Assembly: GCF_006345805.1 (NCBI RefSeq)
Contig: NC_043006.1
Location: 51,708,001-51,772,000, forward strand
DNA length: 64,000 nt
Reading direction: 5' to 3'
DNA from: Octopus sinensis
Lineage: Eukaryota
Shown here piece by piece: positions 12,337 through 24,364 of the stretch. The position numbers and the translations under genes are program-made. Position 1 is the first letter of the stretch; each line of letters begins with the position of its first letter. Below the pieces are notes generated by a model. The model ran no database searches. It saw only the letters and a program-made list of their open reading frames with translations, and was not told the DNA's origin.

Positions 12337-12836
12337 TGTAACGAACTAGTGTGAATATCTTCTCTGGACCTTTTGGGGGTGCGAGAAGCAATCACTATCC
12401 GTTGCTTTAATAATCCAGATTCTCTACCAGTCAGAAACAACAAGACGCAGACGTAAAATATATATATCTACTTTATTCTCTTATGTGGTAACAGATAATT
12501 GGTGTATCTGGCATCCCTTTGGTATAGATGTGTCTCAGCTGAACCTTATCGTTGTAGAATAAGAAAGTGTTCAAATGCAAAACGACACTTGTCAAAGATG
12601 ACGTCCGGAGAAAGGAAGATGATGTGGTCGGCAACAATTTGGTTAAAGCCTTCGGCCGACTGCTATCAAAAATGGACAGAGAGAATATACGTGTTGTACC
12701 TTCGATAGCCATGTCTCAAGTCGATGACTGCTGCTGGTCAACGTCCTACGATCCCCTTGCCTCGGCTAACTGCCACGTAGGCAAATGGTCCTTCTTCCGG
12801 GGCTTCGCGCATGCGCCGCTGTATAGCGTCACTACA
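12337..12836 (-). repeat. 5' LTR of the non-autonomous element
   Basis: TGTAACGAA...CACTACA; adjacent to the PBS. Confidence 0.9.
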
Positions 12837-12857
12837 CTCTCATTTCATTTTTTTGTT

Positions 12858-13320
12858 TATTATTATTATTATTATTGAGTGAGAGAACAGTGCATGCCAT
12901 CAAAGTGACACTGGGTTAAAATATACAAAGCCCAGTATACCCATGGTGACTACCCGTCTGATAATGATACACCAGGCACATGCATTACAACCATATGTGC
13001 GCGACATGGTGATATCATGTCAAGATAAACAGCACATGACCTTGCAAGTGGGGCCCAGTTAGAATTTTCTTTAGGTTGAGTAGTCTAACCCGCTCAAATG
13101 GTCCCTGAATAAGGTTTGTTTAAGGATGTTGAACGAAAAACCCATATTTCCAAAGGTGAATTATCCAAATCCCAAAGAATTCCTCTCAACTATGGCTATG
13201 ATGCTTCCCCACTACTTCTGTTCGTGATCAGAGATAGACATATCATCAGCCACTAAGGGACATGCTCAGCTGGTTAAGGTCAAACAAGTGACAAGCAAAT
13301 CTGTGGTATTGAGCAGAATA
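12858..13320 (-). mobile_element. SINE-like family A, 5'-truncated, (AAT)n tail
   Basis: Colinear with copies at 15064, 23787, 53976 and 55428. Confidence 0.85.
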
Positions 13321-13323
13321 TTA

Positions 13324-13354
<31 letters not shown>

Positions 13355-13384
13355 GGTTATTGTTATTGTTGTTGTTGCTGTTGT

Positions 13385-13830
13385 TGTTCTCCTTGGTACA
13401 ATATGAAGAAGTTTAACTGTATAAGAATAAATTTTGGGGCATATTTTCATACAGGAAGAAAACAGTGAAATAGAAAATTCAGAAAAAGAAAAGGTTTGTT
13501 GTTAGTTTTTCCTCTTTTTTCTGATTTTCATCTATTTTTTCATCTGTTTCATGCTTTAAGACAAGTTTTAGAATCCAGTCATCAGAGTTTTTCAGGTAAG
13601 TGTTTAGGCCAATTGTGGCAATCTTCATTGTCAATTCAAGTTGTAAAAGTCCACGGCCACCCTCTTTTCTTAGTAAGTAAAGTCGTTCTACATCTGTCTT
13701 ATGGTGGTTCATTCTATTCTCCTGACAATCCTTGATGTCTCTAAGTGACAAACTTTCTGCAGGAGCTCTACTGGGCATTCTATTCCAGTCTCCTTCAGCC
13801 ATTTGTCTATATCTTTGCTTACTGTTTCCC
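13385..13830 (-). mobile_element. Chimeric repeat: R4/Dong ORF fragment joined to a recurrent non-coding tail
   Basis: ERLYLLRKEGGRGLLQLE..KIATIGL matches 29560-29740; the tail recurs at 15675 and 33310. Confidence 0.65.
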
Positions 13831-13864
13831 ACACAACAATTATTATTACTGTTATTTTCATTAT

Positions 13865-15025
13865 AATCTTTCAGTTCTATTTCCATTTCTTGCTGAGTGT
13901 CTTCTTGACACCTAGGGCAGAAAAACGCACTGTATACATATGTAGGCCATTAAAATAAACACCAGATTGTTCATTTACAAAGTCATGTGATAGAAAAAAA
14001 AGGGGAAGAAAGACAGAGAAAAAATAAAAATAAAATATAAAAAGGTAGACAAAGAAAATAAAATGGAAAAAAAAAAAGAAAACTCACAGCAACAATGCTC
14101 TTCTCAGTACGTGTGACGTACCAGTTAAAACAATCCTTTGCACTTCCTGCATAGATGGTAAGCCAGGGATCATTCTTAAATAATTTTCAGATCCCTTTTT
14201 TGATCATTCCAAGTGCTCCTACAATCATTGGTATCGTAACCGTCTTGAGATGCCACATCTTTTCGATTTCGATTAACAACTTTATATTTTCTGAGCTTAT
14301 CAAATTCTTTTGCTGAGATATTATGGTCTCCAGGCTATGCTCATGTCAATCAATAAACAAACTTTATTGTTTTGGTCTTCCACAACAATATCTGGTTTAT
14401 TTGTTTTGATGGACCAATCTGTACATACTGGGAAGTCCCAAAGAATAGTTACATTTTCTCCCTTAGTTACAGCCTCAGGGTGATGCTTTTACCATTTGTC
14501 AGCAGTTTTGATTTTATAATGCCGACACATTGTCCAATGAAGATATTGGCCAACTCTGTTATGTCTTGATTTGTACTCTACAGGTGCTAAAACCTTACAT
14601 CCAGAGATTAGGTGGTCCATTGTTTCAATCCCATCATTGCAGTATCAGTGCTTTAAGTCTACATAATTTTTTATCACATTGGCTTCATAGCTCCGGGTTA
14701 ATAAGCTCTGATCATGGGCAGCCAAGATAAAGCCTTCAGTCTCTGCCTTTAGTCCTGAGCTCCTGATGGGTGTACTTCTGGACACTAGCTTGTTTGCTAC
14801 GGGCCACATATTTGCCAGGCAGAGGTTTTTGTTCTCACCTATCATTCAATTGTTGAAAAGCATTTTGCTTTGCTATTGTTTTCACCTTCTTTGCAACTAC
14901 AATTGCTGCACTTCCATCATGCTGTTCAACCTGGGTATTATGCATAAATTCATTTGAAAATTTTTTGCTCTTCTTCATAACAGAATGAAGCTTCTTGTAT
15001 CTTTCATGGTTTTCAACGAGTATCA
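13865..15025 (-). mobile_element. R4/Dong retrotransposon 3' fragment (degenerate CCHC-RLE region)
   Basis: SSGLKAETEGFILAAHDQSL; C-terminal IVLTGTSHVLRRALLL-stop. Confidence 0.85.
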
Positions 15026-15063
15026 TCATCATCATCATCATTATTATTATTATTATTATTATT

Positions 15064-15604
15064 GAGTGAGAGAGCAGTTCATGCCATCAAAGTGAAACTG
15101 GGGTAAAATATACGAAGCCCAATATACCCATCATGACTACCCGTCTGATAAAGGTACACCAGGCACATGCATCACAACCATATGTGCGCGACATGGTGAT
15201 CTCATATCAAGATAAACAGCACATGACCTTGCAGGTGGGGCCCAGTTAGAATTTTCTTCAGGTTGAGTAGCCCATCCCGCTCAAAAGGTCCCTGAATAAG
15301 GGTTGTTTAAGGATGCTGAAAGAACCACCCATGTTTCCAGAGGTGAATTATCAAACCTCAAAGAATTCCTCTCAACACATGGCTATGATGCTCCCCCACT
15401 ACTTCTGCTCGTGATCAGAGATGCACATATCGTCAGCCACTAAGGGACATGGTCAACTGGTTAAGGTCAAACAAGTGACAAGCAAATCTGTGGTATTGAG
15501 CAGAATATTTGCTGTAGCCCATCTTTTATACCAAGACAAAACAATGTACATGATAACACTTCCAATCAGTTAAGATCAGAAGCCATGAGAGCCACTGCCT
15601 GGTA
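15064..15604 (-). mobile_element. SINE-like family A, full-length (~540 bp), flanked by (TTA)n on both sides
   Basis: Minus 5' TACCAGGCAGTGGCTCTCATGG through 3' CTGCTCTCTCACTC(AAT)n. Confidence 0.88.
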
Positions 15605-15648
<44 letters not shown>

Positions 15649-15674
15649 GTTTATGTATTGAAACAGTTTTAATA

Positions 15675-15945
15675 TTGTTCTCCATGGTACAATATGGATA
15701 AGTTTAACTGTATAAGAATAATTTTCGGGACTTATTTTCACACAGGAAGAAGATAGTGAAACAGTAATTGAATATAATCAAAAGGTTTGTTGTTACTTTT
15801 TCCTTTTTTTTTTCTATTTTTTCATTTGTTACTGAGTATGTAGTTTTCTTGTTTTTATGCTTCAAGACAAATTTTAGTATCTAGTCCTCAGAGTTTTTCA
15901 GGTAAGTGTCTTGGCCAATTGCAGCAATCTTCATTGTCAATTCAA
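15675..15945 (-). mobile_element. Second copy of the chimeric Dong-fragment plus tail repeat
   Basis: ggtacaatatggataagtttaactgtataagaataattt...gtttttcaggtaagtgt..ggccaattg shared with 13385-13640. Confidence 0.65.
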
Positions 15946-15984
15946 TATTTTTACTATTATTTAATATGTCCCACAATATCCAAT

Positions 15985-17240
15985 ATTGTGATGTTGTTGG
16001 TTGAAGATATTGTGTCTACCAGGGATTTGTACTGCCTGTCAAGTTACAACAAGCACCTGAGACAGGCAATACTTTACGCAATATGCATGCAGTTCCAAGT
16101 AATGCCAATGTTTGCAATACATCTAGATTATAGGGTATTTCTAAAGCCTCCAGATGTTTCTTCAAGTTGGGTGGTATTAAACCCAATGCTCCAATGACAA
16201 TAGGGACACCCTTTATATTTGACTCTCATAGCTGTCACATCTTGGTGATCTCAATTCTCAAGTCTTCATATTTATCAATATTTTCTCTTTCTTTCATGAT
16301 GATATGTTGATCTTCTAGCACTGCCATGTCGATTATTAGGTACTCACGTTTGTCCCTCCTAAAGGTTACTATATCTGGCCTTCGGTGCTCTAACACCTTG
16401 TCTGTTTCGAAGTTAAAGTCCCAGAGGATTTTTGCCTTCCCCTTTTTGTCCATTACCTTTTCCTGTGTATTTTGGTACCAAGCACCCATTACCTTATAAT
16501 ACTTCCGGCATAGTAACGAGTGAAGGTTTTGGGCTACTTTGTCGTGTCTGCGTGTGTACTCTTTCTGCTCAAGACTTTCACAAGCACTAGCAGTGTGAGT
16601 CACTCTTTCGACCTTTTTCCTACACATTCTGCAGAGGTTCGTTGCACTTATGTAGTATATATCCTTTTTCACTGAGTTGTTATTCAATACTTGATCCTGG
16701 GCAACGATAGTTAGGCTTTCAATCTTCTTTTCTAGGTCACCCTTGCTGAGCCATCTCCATGATGCTTCCTGGTCATTTAAGTTGTTAGTTTCACAGTGGA
16801 ACTGACTATGTAATTCCACTCGGAGTAGAGTTTCTTCTTTCTCGTTGGCTATTCATGATTGGAATTCATTTGCACTCTCAAGTCCATTTTTGGTAAATCG
16901 TTCTGTATTAGCAGCCTACTGTAGCAAGTCTTGTTGGCTGTTTACCAAATATTCTGTCATGTTTCTTCTGTCACTGTTGATGCACTACTGTACGCTAATC
17001 AACTCACATCCACCGTTGCACCTCTTCATGTAGAGCCTGTGTACATTTGCCTTAAGGTGGAGGGTACCATGCATTGTCCTTGTCTTTCGGGTAGTGTGAT
17101 TGAGTTGGTTAATCTCAGCTCGTGTCCATTTCATGAGGGGTGCGCTATAACGGACTACAGCAATAGTCCATATGTTGATGGCAATCACAAGTTTCCTGGA
17201 GTTTTGTTTTCAAGAGAAGTTTGAGGCGCTTCAAATATTC
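15985..17240 (-). mobile_element. R4/Dong 3' fragment (post-RT, CCHC, RLE)
   Basis: CRMCRKKVERVTHTASAC, RHDKVAQNLH, ILWDFNFETDKVLEHRRPDIV. Confidence 0.88.
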
Positions 17241-17284
17241 TTCTTCTTCTTCTTCTTCTTCTTCTTCTTCTCTATTATTATTGT

Positions 17285-20200
17285 CTTTGCACAGCTTCTA
17301 ACGCTGGAGATGTACTACGGTACCAGCTGTTCACTACCAGTGAACTAAGGTAACACCTCTTATTTTTCGAGCACCATCCAGAGTATTTGAGCGGTTCCAA
17401 GCAGTACTATTTTCTGCAAATGCTCCACCCTTATTGCAGCCCCTATTTGTTCCATGTGCTTCTCAAGAGTTTTACTCACTGTTCCCAGGGATCCGACAAT
17501 TATTGGTACTACTACCACCTTTTCAGCAACCACAGCTGCTTAACTTCCCAAGCTAACCTGTGATATCTATCGAGTTTTTTTTTCTTCCTTATTGAATACC
17601 TTGTTGTCAGCTGGGCATGCTATATCTCTGATCCAGCATCGTTTGCTTTCTTTCTCAATTAACACTATGCCTGGTTTCCTATTTTCTATCTCATGGTCAC
17701 ACTGAATTATAAAATCCCAAAGGATCTTTGCATTATCATTTTCAATGATGCCTTTGGGTTTATGTTCGTATCACTTTTTTGCTGTCATGTCCATACTTGT
17801 TGCAAAGTGTCCAATGGACAATCCTTGCTATGTTGTCACGATGTCTCTTATATTCTTTCTGAGCTAGTGGCATACATTGACTGGTAATATGTCATATGGT
17901 TTCACCATTTTGTCTACAAATTCTGCACTTATCACTTTCAAATGTGTTGTCTATTCTGTATTTGATGTAATTGGTTCTTAATGCTTGCTCTTGAGCATCA
18001 CAGATTAGAGCCTCCGTTTCTGGTTTTAAAGCACTTTTAGTCATCCATAGCCATCTTTTTTCTGTCTGTCTTATCTTCAACATCGCTATGAAATTGTCCA
18101 TGCATTCTTTTCTTTACCCACCTATTTTCAGTTTCATTCATTCTCAAGTGCTTGTACAGTGATTTATCTTTGCAATCTTCCATCCTACACAATCCTGACC
18201 TTCTTACTTCTAATAATAGCAGTCCTGTGGCATATTTTACATACCATGTTATGTTGTTTTCTTCTGCTCTAATGCTGTGTTGTGTTCACATCAACTCAGT
18301 CCTCTTCCCCCTCTTTTTCTTGGTACATACAGTCTGTCAGTGTCACTTTTTGGGTGGAGAATCCCATATCTAGTCAGCAACTCTCTTGTCTTTCTGTCTA
18401 AGCTGTTTAGTTCGTATACTATCCATGTGATTACCCCTGCTTCATATCTAAGTAGTGAAACCGCCCAGGTGTTGATAACTTCGATCTTATTCCGTCCGTT
18501 TAATTTCGACTTAAAGATCAGTCTCAGCCTGCTCAAGTGCTCCACCTTAAATTTTTCTGTCATTTCTTTCTCCATCAATTTATCCATTTCCAATATCCAC
18601 AAGTACTTATAGCTCGTCTTTTCTATCTGCTTCATAACACCCCTCTCCCGACGATATCGTTAGCCCATCCATACATTCGATTTTCCCTCTCTTCAAGACT
18701 AACACACCACACTTTTTCAGTCTGAACTCCATTCTGATATCAGCACTGAAAGTATACACTGTATCAACGAGGAAACTAACCTGCTATTCATCTTCACCAT
18801 AAAGTTTGAGGTCATCCATAAATAATAAGTGGTTGACTTTTTTCTGGGTGGCTTTTGAATACATACCCAGAATCAGTGTTAATGGCATCATACACTGTAC
18901 AAAGACCAGTGGGGATAGGCAGTCCCCTTGGAAAATGCCTCTCCTGATTTCTGTTGTCCCTAAACTTCTTCCGTATGCTGTCAGTTCCATCCTCCACATC
19001 ACCATACTTTTTCCAAGCAACCGCTCAATATTAAGTGCAATACGAAATAGGTCCATACATTCCATAATCCAAGAATGTACGATCATATCGTACGCCTTAC
19101 AATAATCGATCCCTGTGTGGCTAAGTTAGTTTTCGTCCTCTTGCAGTCTCTAAGTACAGTTTTGTCTACCAGGGTTTGTTCCTTGGTACTTCTGTACTTA
19201 TGTTTGCAACACTTCTGCTCATGTGGCAGGACTCCATTTTTTCTAGATATCCGTACATTGACAGTGCGACTATTCCAGTCAATAACTTTTACATAATTGG
19301 CAAGCAGGATATTGGCATGTAATTGTCTACCGTATTGCCTTTTTCGATGTTTTTTAAGCACAGCACAGTCCTACCCATCATCAACTACTCTGTTGTTACT
19401 TGGTTAGCATTTAACAAGGTGTTGAGGTGCGCAGCTATTCGTGCATGACATTCACCAAATCTTTTGAACCAGTAGCCTTGAACTCCATCTGGTCCTGGGG
19501 CCTTCCAGTTGCCCGTTTCTTTGCTGATTTCCTTCACTTCCCTAACTGAAATGACTAGTTCTGCCTGTTTCGGACAGATTACTGTTTCTTTTAGTTCTTG
19601 CAAACATTTAGCATTGATGTTTCAATGTTACCTGGCATCAACTTTTCATCTGTACACTCTCCATTTATTTCTTTGTAGCATCTCTTCTTATCTACTCTGA
19701 ATAACCTATTCTGCTGGTATCCCTTCATTCTTTGGTCGTATCTTACCATCTTTGACTTCTTTGTAACAAGGCGCTGTTTCAGTTACTCCATTACCAATTT
19801 CAGGCCCTTTCTTTCAATACCATACTTCCTATTTAGTGCCCTGTATTTTTGTTCGCTTTTAAGCTTCCCCTTCTCTTTTCCGTCTAACACAGAAATTCTT
19901 TTGAGTGCATATTTAACTCCGCCTGTATTCTTCCTTTCCGCCATGGATCCTTTCTTTTGTCACTCCCATTATATTGCCTTTTCTTGACGTCAACACCCAC
20001 ATTTTCTACTACAACAATACTTGCTGCCTGGATCAAATTGTTTGTTTCTGTGTTGTTGCTTGTTCTGATGTATTTCAGAATTTCATGCATATTTCTCGTT
20101 TCTTGGTTCAATTTCCACTGATCAACATTTTTAAGGTTGCAAATAATGTCGCTATCGTTTTCTTGTAGGCTTGTCTTTATTCTGTCTACATTGCCCTATG

Positions 20201-20878
20201 CCCATCTGTCATTACACCATTAGTTTTATTGTCCTCTTCCAAACAGTTACATGTCTCTCATCAAGAAAACTATCACTGTTCCTTTCCTGTGGTTTATTAG
20301 AGATTACAGCCCTGTTTTCTGCTATGAGATTACTTTTATCAGTAGGAACTGTATTTTCATTGTCTCCTCTACTATTGTTTTCCAGTACTCGTTTTTTGAT
20401 AGCTTTGAGCTCTACTTCTGTGAACCAATGATTTTTTTCTTATTGTTCCAGCTTGATCAAATAATCTATGTTCCGTGAGTTGAAACAATCCTTTTTCTCT
20501 CCATTGGTCATACATATGTTGCTGGTATCCCCTAAGATGAACACCATTTTCGTCTACAGGGTTGCTCAGGTAGTAATACTTCATGATCACAGCATTAACT
20601 TGTTTGTTCCATCTGCGCTGTGTGTGCTGGTCCCTTGCTGGATAACGACAGGCTGGAGTCGGACCAGTTTCTCCGAGCCTGCCAGGTGTAAAACTATCAT
20701 CATCAAGGGCTTCAGTTTCATTACCATCGTTATTCACAATATTTTGTTTTTTCATAGTCACTCACTTGAGGTAGTGATTATCAGGTTGCGCAATTACCAG
20801 TGTTTTTATTATGACACCATCACTAGATGTATCACCAATCAGAGCATAGGGAGATTCCAACCGCTTCCTTTCATAATT
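17285..20878 (-). mobile_element. Near full-length, heavily degenerate R4/Dong retrotransposon
   Basis: N-terminal RRWNKQVN motif, NWKAPGPDGVQGYW, GIFQGDCLSPL, LLFMDDLKL, CRICRQNGETI; 5' UTR and 3' end both bounded by simple-repeat tracts. Confidence 0.88.
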
Positions 20879-21064
20879 ATTATTATCATCACTGATATTA
20901 TTTTCATTTTTTTACTATTTGCCATTGTTAATATTTCCTCTGATCTGACATAAGTTTGGGTTAAATTATTATTATCATTATTATTATCACTATTATTACC
21001 ACCACCATCATCATCATCATTTATTATTATTATTATTATCATTATTATGTTTTTGTTGTTGTTG

Positions 21065-21232
21065 TCATATACACTCAATAGATTAAACTGTTGAAAAGAA
21101 AAAATCTTAACATCAGACTACATCAAATAACCTTCAATGCCAATAACCCTTCTATCAGGCTAAAACAAGTAATCTTAGATGCTAAGAACCTTCCTAAGTA
21201 TCTTAGCTGTCCCTAATAACACTGTTTCCAGG
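21065..21232 (-). mobile_element. R4/Dong extreme 3' fragment
   Basis: Minus strand LETVLLGTAKILRKVLSI-stop, then UTR and (AAT)n-type tract. Confidence 0.75.
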
Positions 21233-21306
21233 TTATTTCACATACTTTCAGCGAATGTGACATCGAAATCATGCGTAAACAGCTCCTTTCCCCAGAAAAG
21301 GAAAAA

Positions 21307-21415
21307 TTTGGCTGCTATTTCTTGCACGCCCTTTTACCACGTAACAGGTATTTTGCATGCTTTATCGCACATAGCTGTTACATGGTAGAAGGACGTGCTA
21401 GAAATAGCAGCCAAA
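21307..21415. repeat. Hairpin / MITE-like inverted repeat, 41-bp arms, 27-nt spacer
   Basis: tttggctgctatttcttgcacgcccttttaccacgtaacag versus ctgttacatggtagaaggacgtgctagaaatagcagccaaa; 4 mismatches counted by hand. Confidence 0.85.
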
Positions 21416-21789
21416 TATTTGGAGGTGAGATACGTTGAATGCACTCGAAAAAACCTATGGAAAACAATTATTTATTACAAACGGGTCATTTTGACTTTAA
21501 AATATTCTCTAAATATGCCCCCCCGCCCCCAAATTTTTGTAATGGTATTTACTTGAAAATAATAATAAAAAGACATTAAAATATTGTCTGTTTAAAAGCT
21601 AAAATATAATACTTACTGTACAAACAACTTACATTTTTGAAATCACATTCACTTAAAAATATTTCTTAATGATTAAAATATTGTTTTTAACAAAAGCGAA
21701 AATAGAAACATTTACTGTAAGAACCAGATTGTATGTTTTCGTGGTCAAGTCACTGTATCTAATCTAAAGGTAAGAGTTTCTTCCCTTCC

Positions 21790-21955
21790 AGGGTTAAGTT
21801 AGCCTGTCGTTATCCAGCAAGGGACCAGCACACACAGCGCAGATGGAACAAACAAGTTAATGCTGTGATCATGAAGTGTTACTACCTGAGCAACCCTGTA
21901 GACAAAAATGGTGTTCATCTTAGGGGATACCAGCAACATATGTATGACCAATGCA
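21790..21955 (-). mobile_element. Isolated R4/Dong N-terminal fragment
   Basis: Shares sequence with the N-terminal segment at ~20500-20650, but the blocks are rearranged (part reads in the opposite sense). Confidence 0.55.
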
Positions 21956-22164
21956 CTGTTTTGGGTATTTATACCCTAAAAACTGCTAATATCTCAACAA
22001 CCACTAGTCCAATTTAAGCGAAACTTTTTTTATTCCGTTCGTATTCACATTTCATGGGACACCAAATTCATTGTATTTTCGCATTATGCTCCAGTTTGGC
22101 TGGGCAACACTGCAAGCAAGCAAGCCAGCAAGATTCAAGCTCACTTTTAATGTATTGTAGATAA

Positions 22165-23575
22165 TCTTGCTACTCCTGCCCTTGGATAGAGTCCACCATA
22201 TTGAATTCCCTCCTAGTTCTTCTGTCTAGCTTTGTTAATCCAGTTTTTGTCCAATATACAAAAGCTGCTGAGTATCTAAGTAATGATATTGCCCAAGTAT
22301 TTACAACCTTCACTAGATTCGGACCAGTTAGATTTGACTTCATTAGCTTCCTCACCTTCCTGATGCACTCTCTCTCAATTTTCGTTTTCATTTCTGTAGT
22401 TAGTACCCTGTCAGATTCTAATACTCCTAGATACTTATAACTCTCTCCTCCTTTCAATGATTTTAATGTTTGGCCATCTGGTAATTAAATGCCTTCGCTG
22501 TTGATACCTGTCCCCTTCGCATGACTAGTATTGCACACTTATCTATGCCAAATTCCTTGCCTACATCTTTGCTGAAGAGTCTTACAGTCTGTATTAAGGA
22601 ATTGATCTCTTCATTCTTATTAAAAAGCTTCAGATCATCCATGTAGAGCAAATGGTTATTTTTTCCATTACTGTTTCTGAACCAATACCCTGCCTTTGCC
22701 TTCCTTAATACTAAACTGAGAGGGAACAAACATAAGACAAATATTAAAGAGGACAACGAGTTCCCCTGGAAAATTCCTCTTTTGATATTAACTTTCCCTA
22801 AGTGTGTGTCTCCTGAGTAGAGATATACTTTCCATTTCTTCATGCTAAAGGTAATCAATTCTCTTATGTTGTCTGCTATACTGAATATACTCAGATATTC
22901 ACTTATCCATGAGTGTGGGATCATGTCATAGGCTTTCCTATAATCTATCCATGCTGTTGTTAGATTTTTCTTTCTAGCTTTTCTTTCATTTAGAACTGCT
23001 TTGTCTATGTATAATAGATTATGCGTTTCTCTAGCCTTCTTCCTGCAACCTTTCTGTTCTGGCGGTAAATTCTGATTGTCAAAGTGCTTGTAAATGCTTT
23101 CTGAAAGCATTCCTGTTAACAGCTTCCACACTAATGCTAAGCAAAGGATTGGTCTATAGATTCTACCTGTCTTACCTTTGCTTTTATCTTTCATGATGAG
23201 TATTGTCCTCCCTCTAGTCATCCAATCTGGTATTATTCCTTCATTAAGGCAATCTTGAAGTTGTTCCCGCAGCCTTCCATGTAAACTATTAAATTTATTT
23301 ATGTAGTACCCTTGAACTAAATCTGGTCCTGGGCCTTTCCAAATTGGCATTTTTCTAGCACTTTACTCATTAATGCACTAGTTAGTCTTAGATCTGGTTG
23401 CTTCTCACTCACTAATTCTTCCCTCACTTTCTTTAACCATACTGCATCTCCATTATGATTGGCTGGCTTATTTGTTAATATTACTCCAGAACTTTCTAAC
23501 TTCTTCTGCATTAGGTTTTTCATCTTCAGTACTTTGTTCTCCACTATTTATTTTGTTATAAGATCTCCTCTGGTC
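22165..23575 (-). mobile_element. R4/Dong RT fragment
   Basis: WKGPGPDLVQGYY, WIDYRKAYDMIPHSW, GIFQGNSLS, LLYMDDLKL, YKYLGVLE. Confidence 0.9.
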
Positions 23576-23579
23576 TTAG

Positions 23580-23743
23580 CATGCTGGAAAAAATGCTTAG
23601 TGATATTTTGTCCATCTTTCTGTTCTGAGTTCAAATTCTGCCAAACCTGACTTTGCCTTTCATCCTTTCAGGGCGATAAAATGAGAACCAGTTGAACAGA
23701 GGTGTTGATGTAATTTCAGACCTTGTGCCCATAGTAGAAAGGG

Positions 23744-23750
<7 letters not shown>
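23580..23750 (+). mobile_element. tRNA-derived SINE fragment (type C)
   Basis: B-box-like GAGTTCAAATTC; shared with 35170 and 48410. Confidence 0.7.
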
Positions 23751-23786
<36 letters not shown>

Positions 23787-24346
23787 GCGAGAGAGCAGTG
23801 CATGCCATCAAGGTGACAATGGGGTACAAATATACAAAACCCAATATACCCACCTGATAAGGGTACACCAGGCACATGCATCACAACCATATGTGCATGT
23901 CATGGTGATTTAAGGATGTCAAACAAAACACCCATGTTTCCAGAGGTGAATTATTCAAACACCAAAGAATTCCTCTCAACACATGGCTACGATGCTCCCC
24001 CACTACTTCTGCTCATGATCAGAGATGCACATATCATCAGCCACAAAGGCCATGCCCAACTGGTTAAGGTCAAGCAACTGACAAGCAAATCTGTGGTACT
24101 GAGCAGAATATTTGCTGTAGCCCATTTTTTATACCAAGACAAAACAATGTACATGATAACATCTCCAAGCAGTTAAGATCAAAAGCCATGAGAGCCACTG
24201 CTTGGCACTGCATATTCTCCTCCCCCTCCTTCTTCTTGAAAGAGCAGTGCATGCCACCAAAGTGAAACTGGGGTAAAATATACGAAGCCCAGTATGCCCA
24301 TCATGACTACCTGAGAGCCATGAAAGCCACTGCCTGGTAATGCATA
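23787..24346 (-). mobile_element. SINE-like family A copy (23787-24216) plus internally deleted mini-copy (24240-24346)
   Basis: Two 5' ends (gagagccactgc.tgg) and two 3' ends (gagagcagtgcatgcca) in tandem. Confidence 0.82.
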
Positions 24347-24364
24347 TTATTATTATTATCATTA

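Larger units (their letters stand above)
10376..12836 (-). mobile_element. Complete non-autonomous LTR retroelement (LARD/TRIM-like)
   Basis: Two ~0.5-kb TGT...ACA direct repeats, 4-bp TSD CTCT (10372-10375 and 12837-12840), tRNA-Trp PBS, PPT-like GGGGTGGAG next to the 3' LTR, no gag/pol. Confidence 0.9.
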
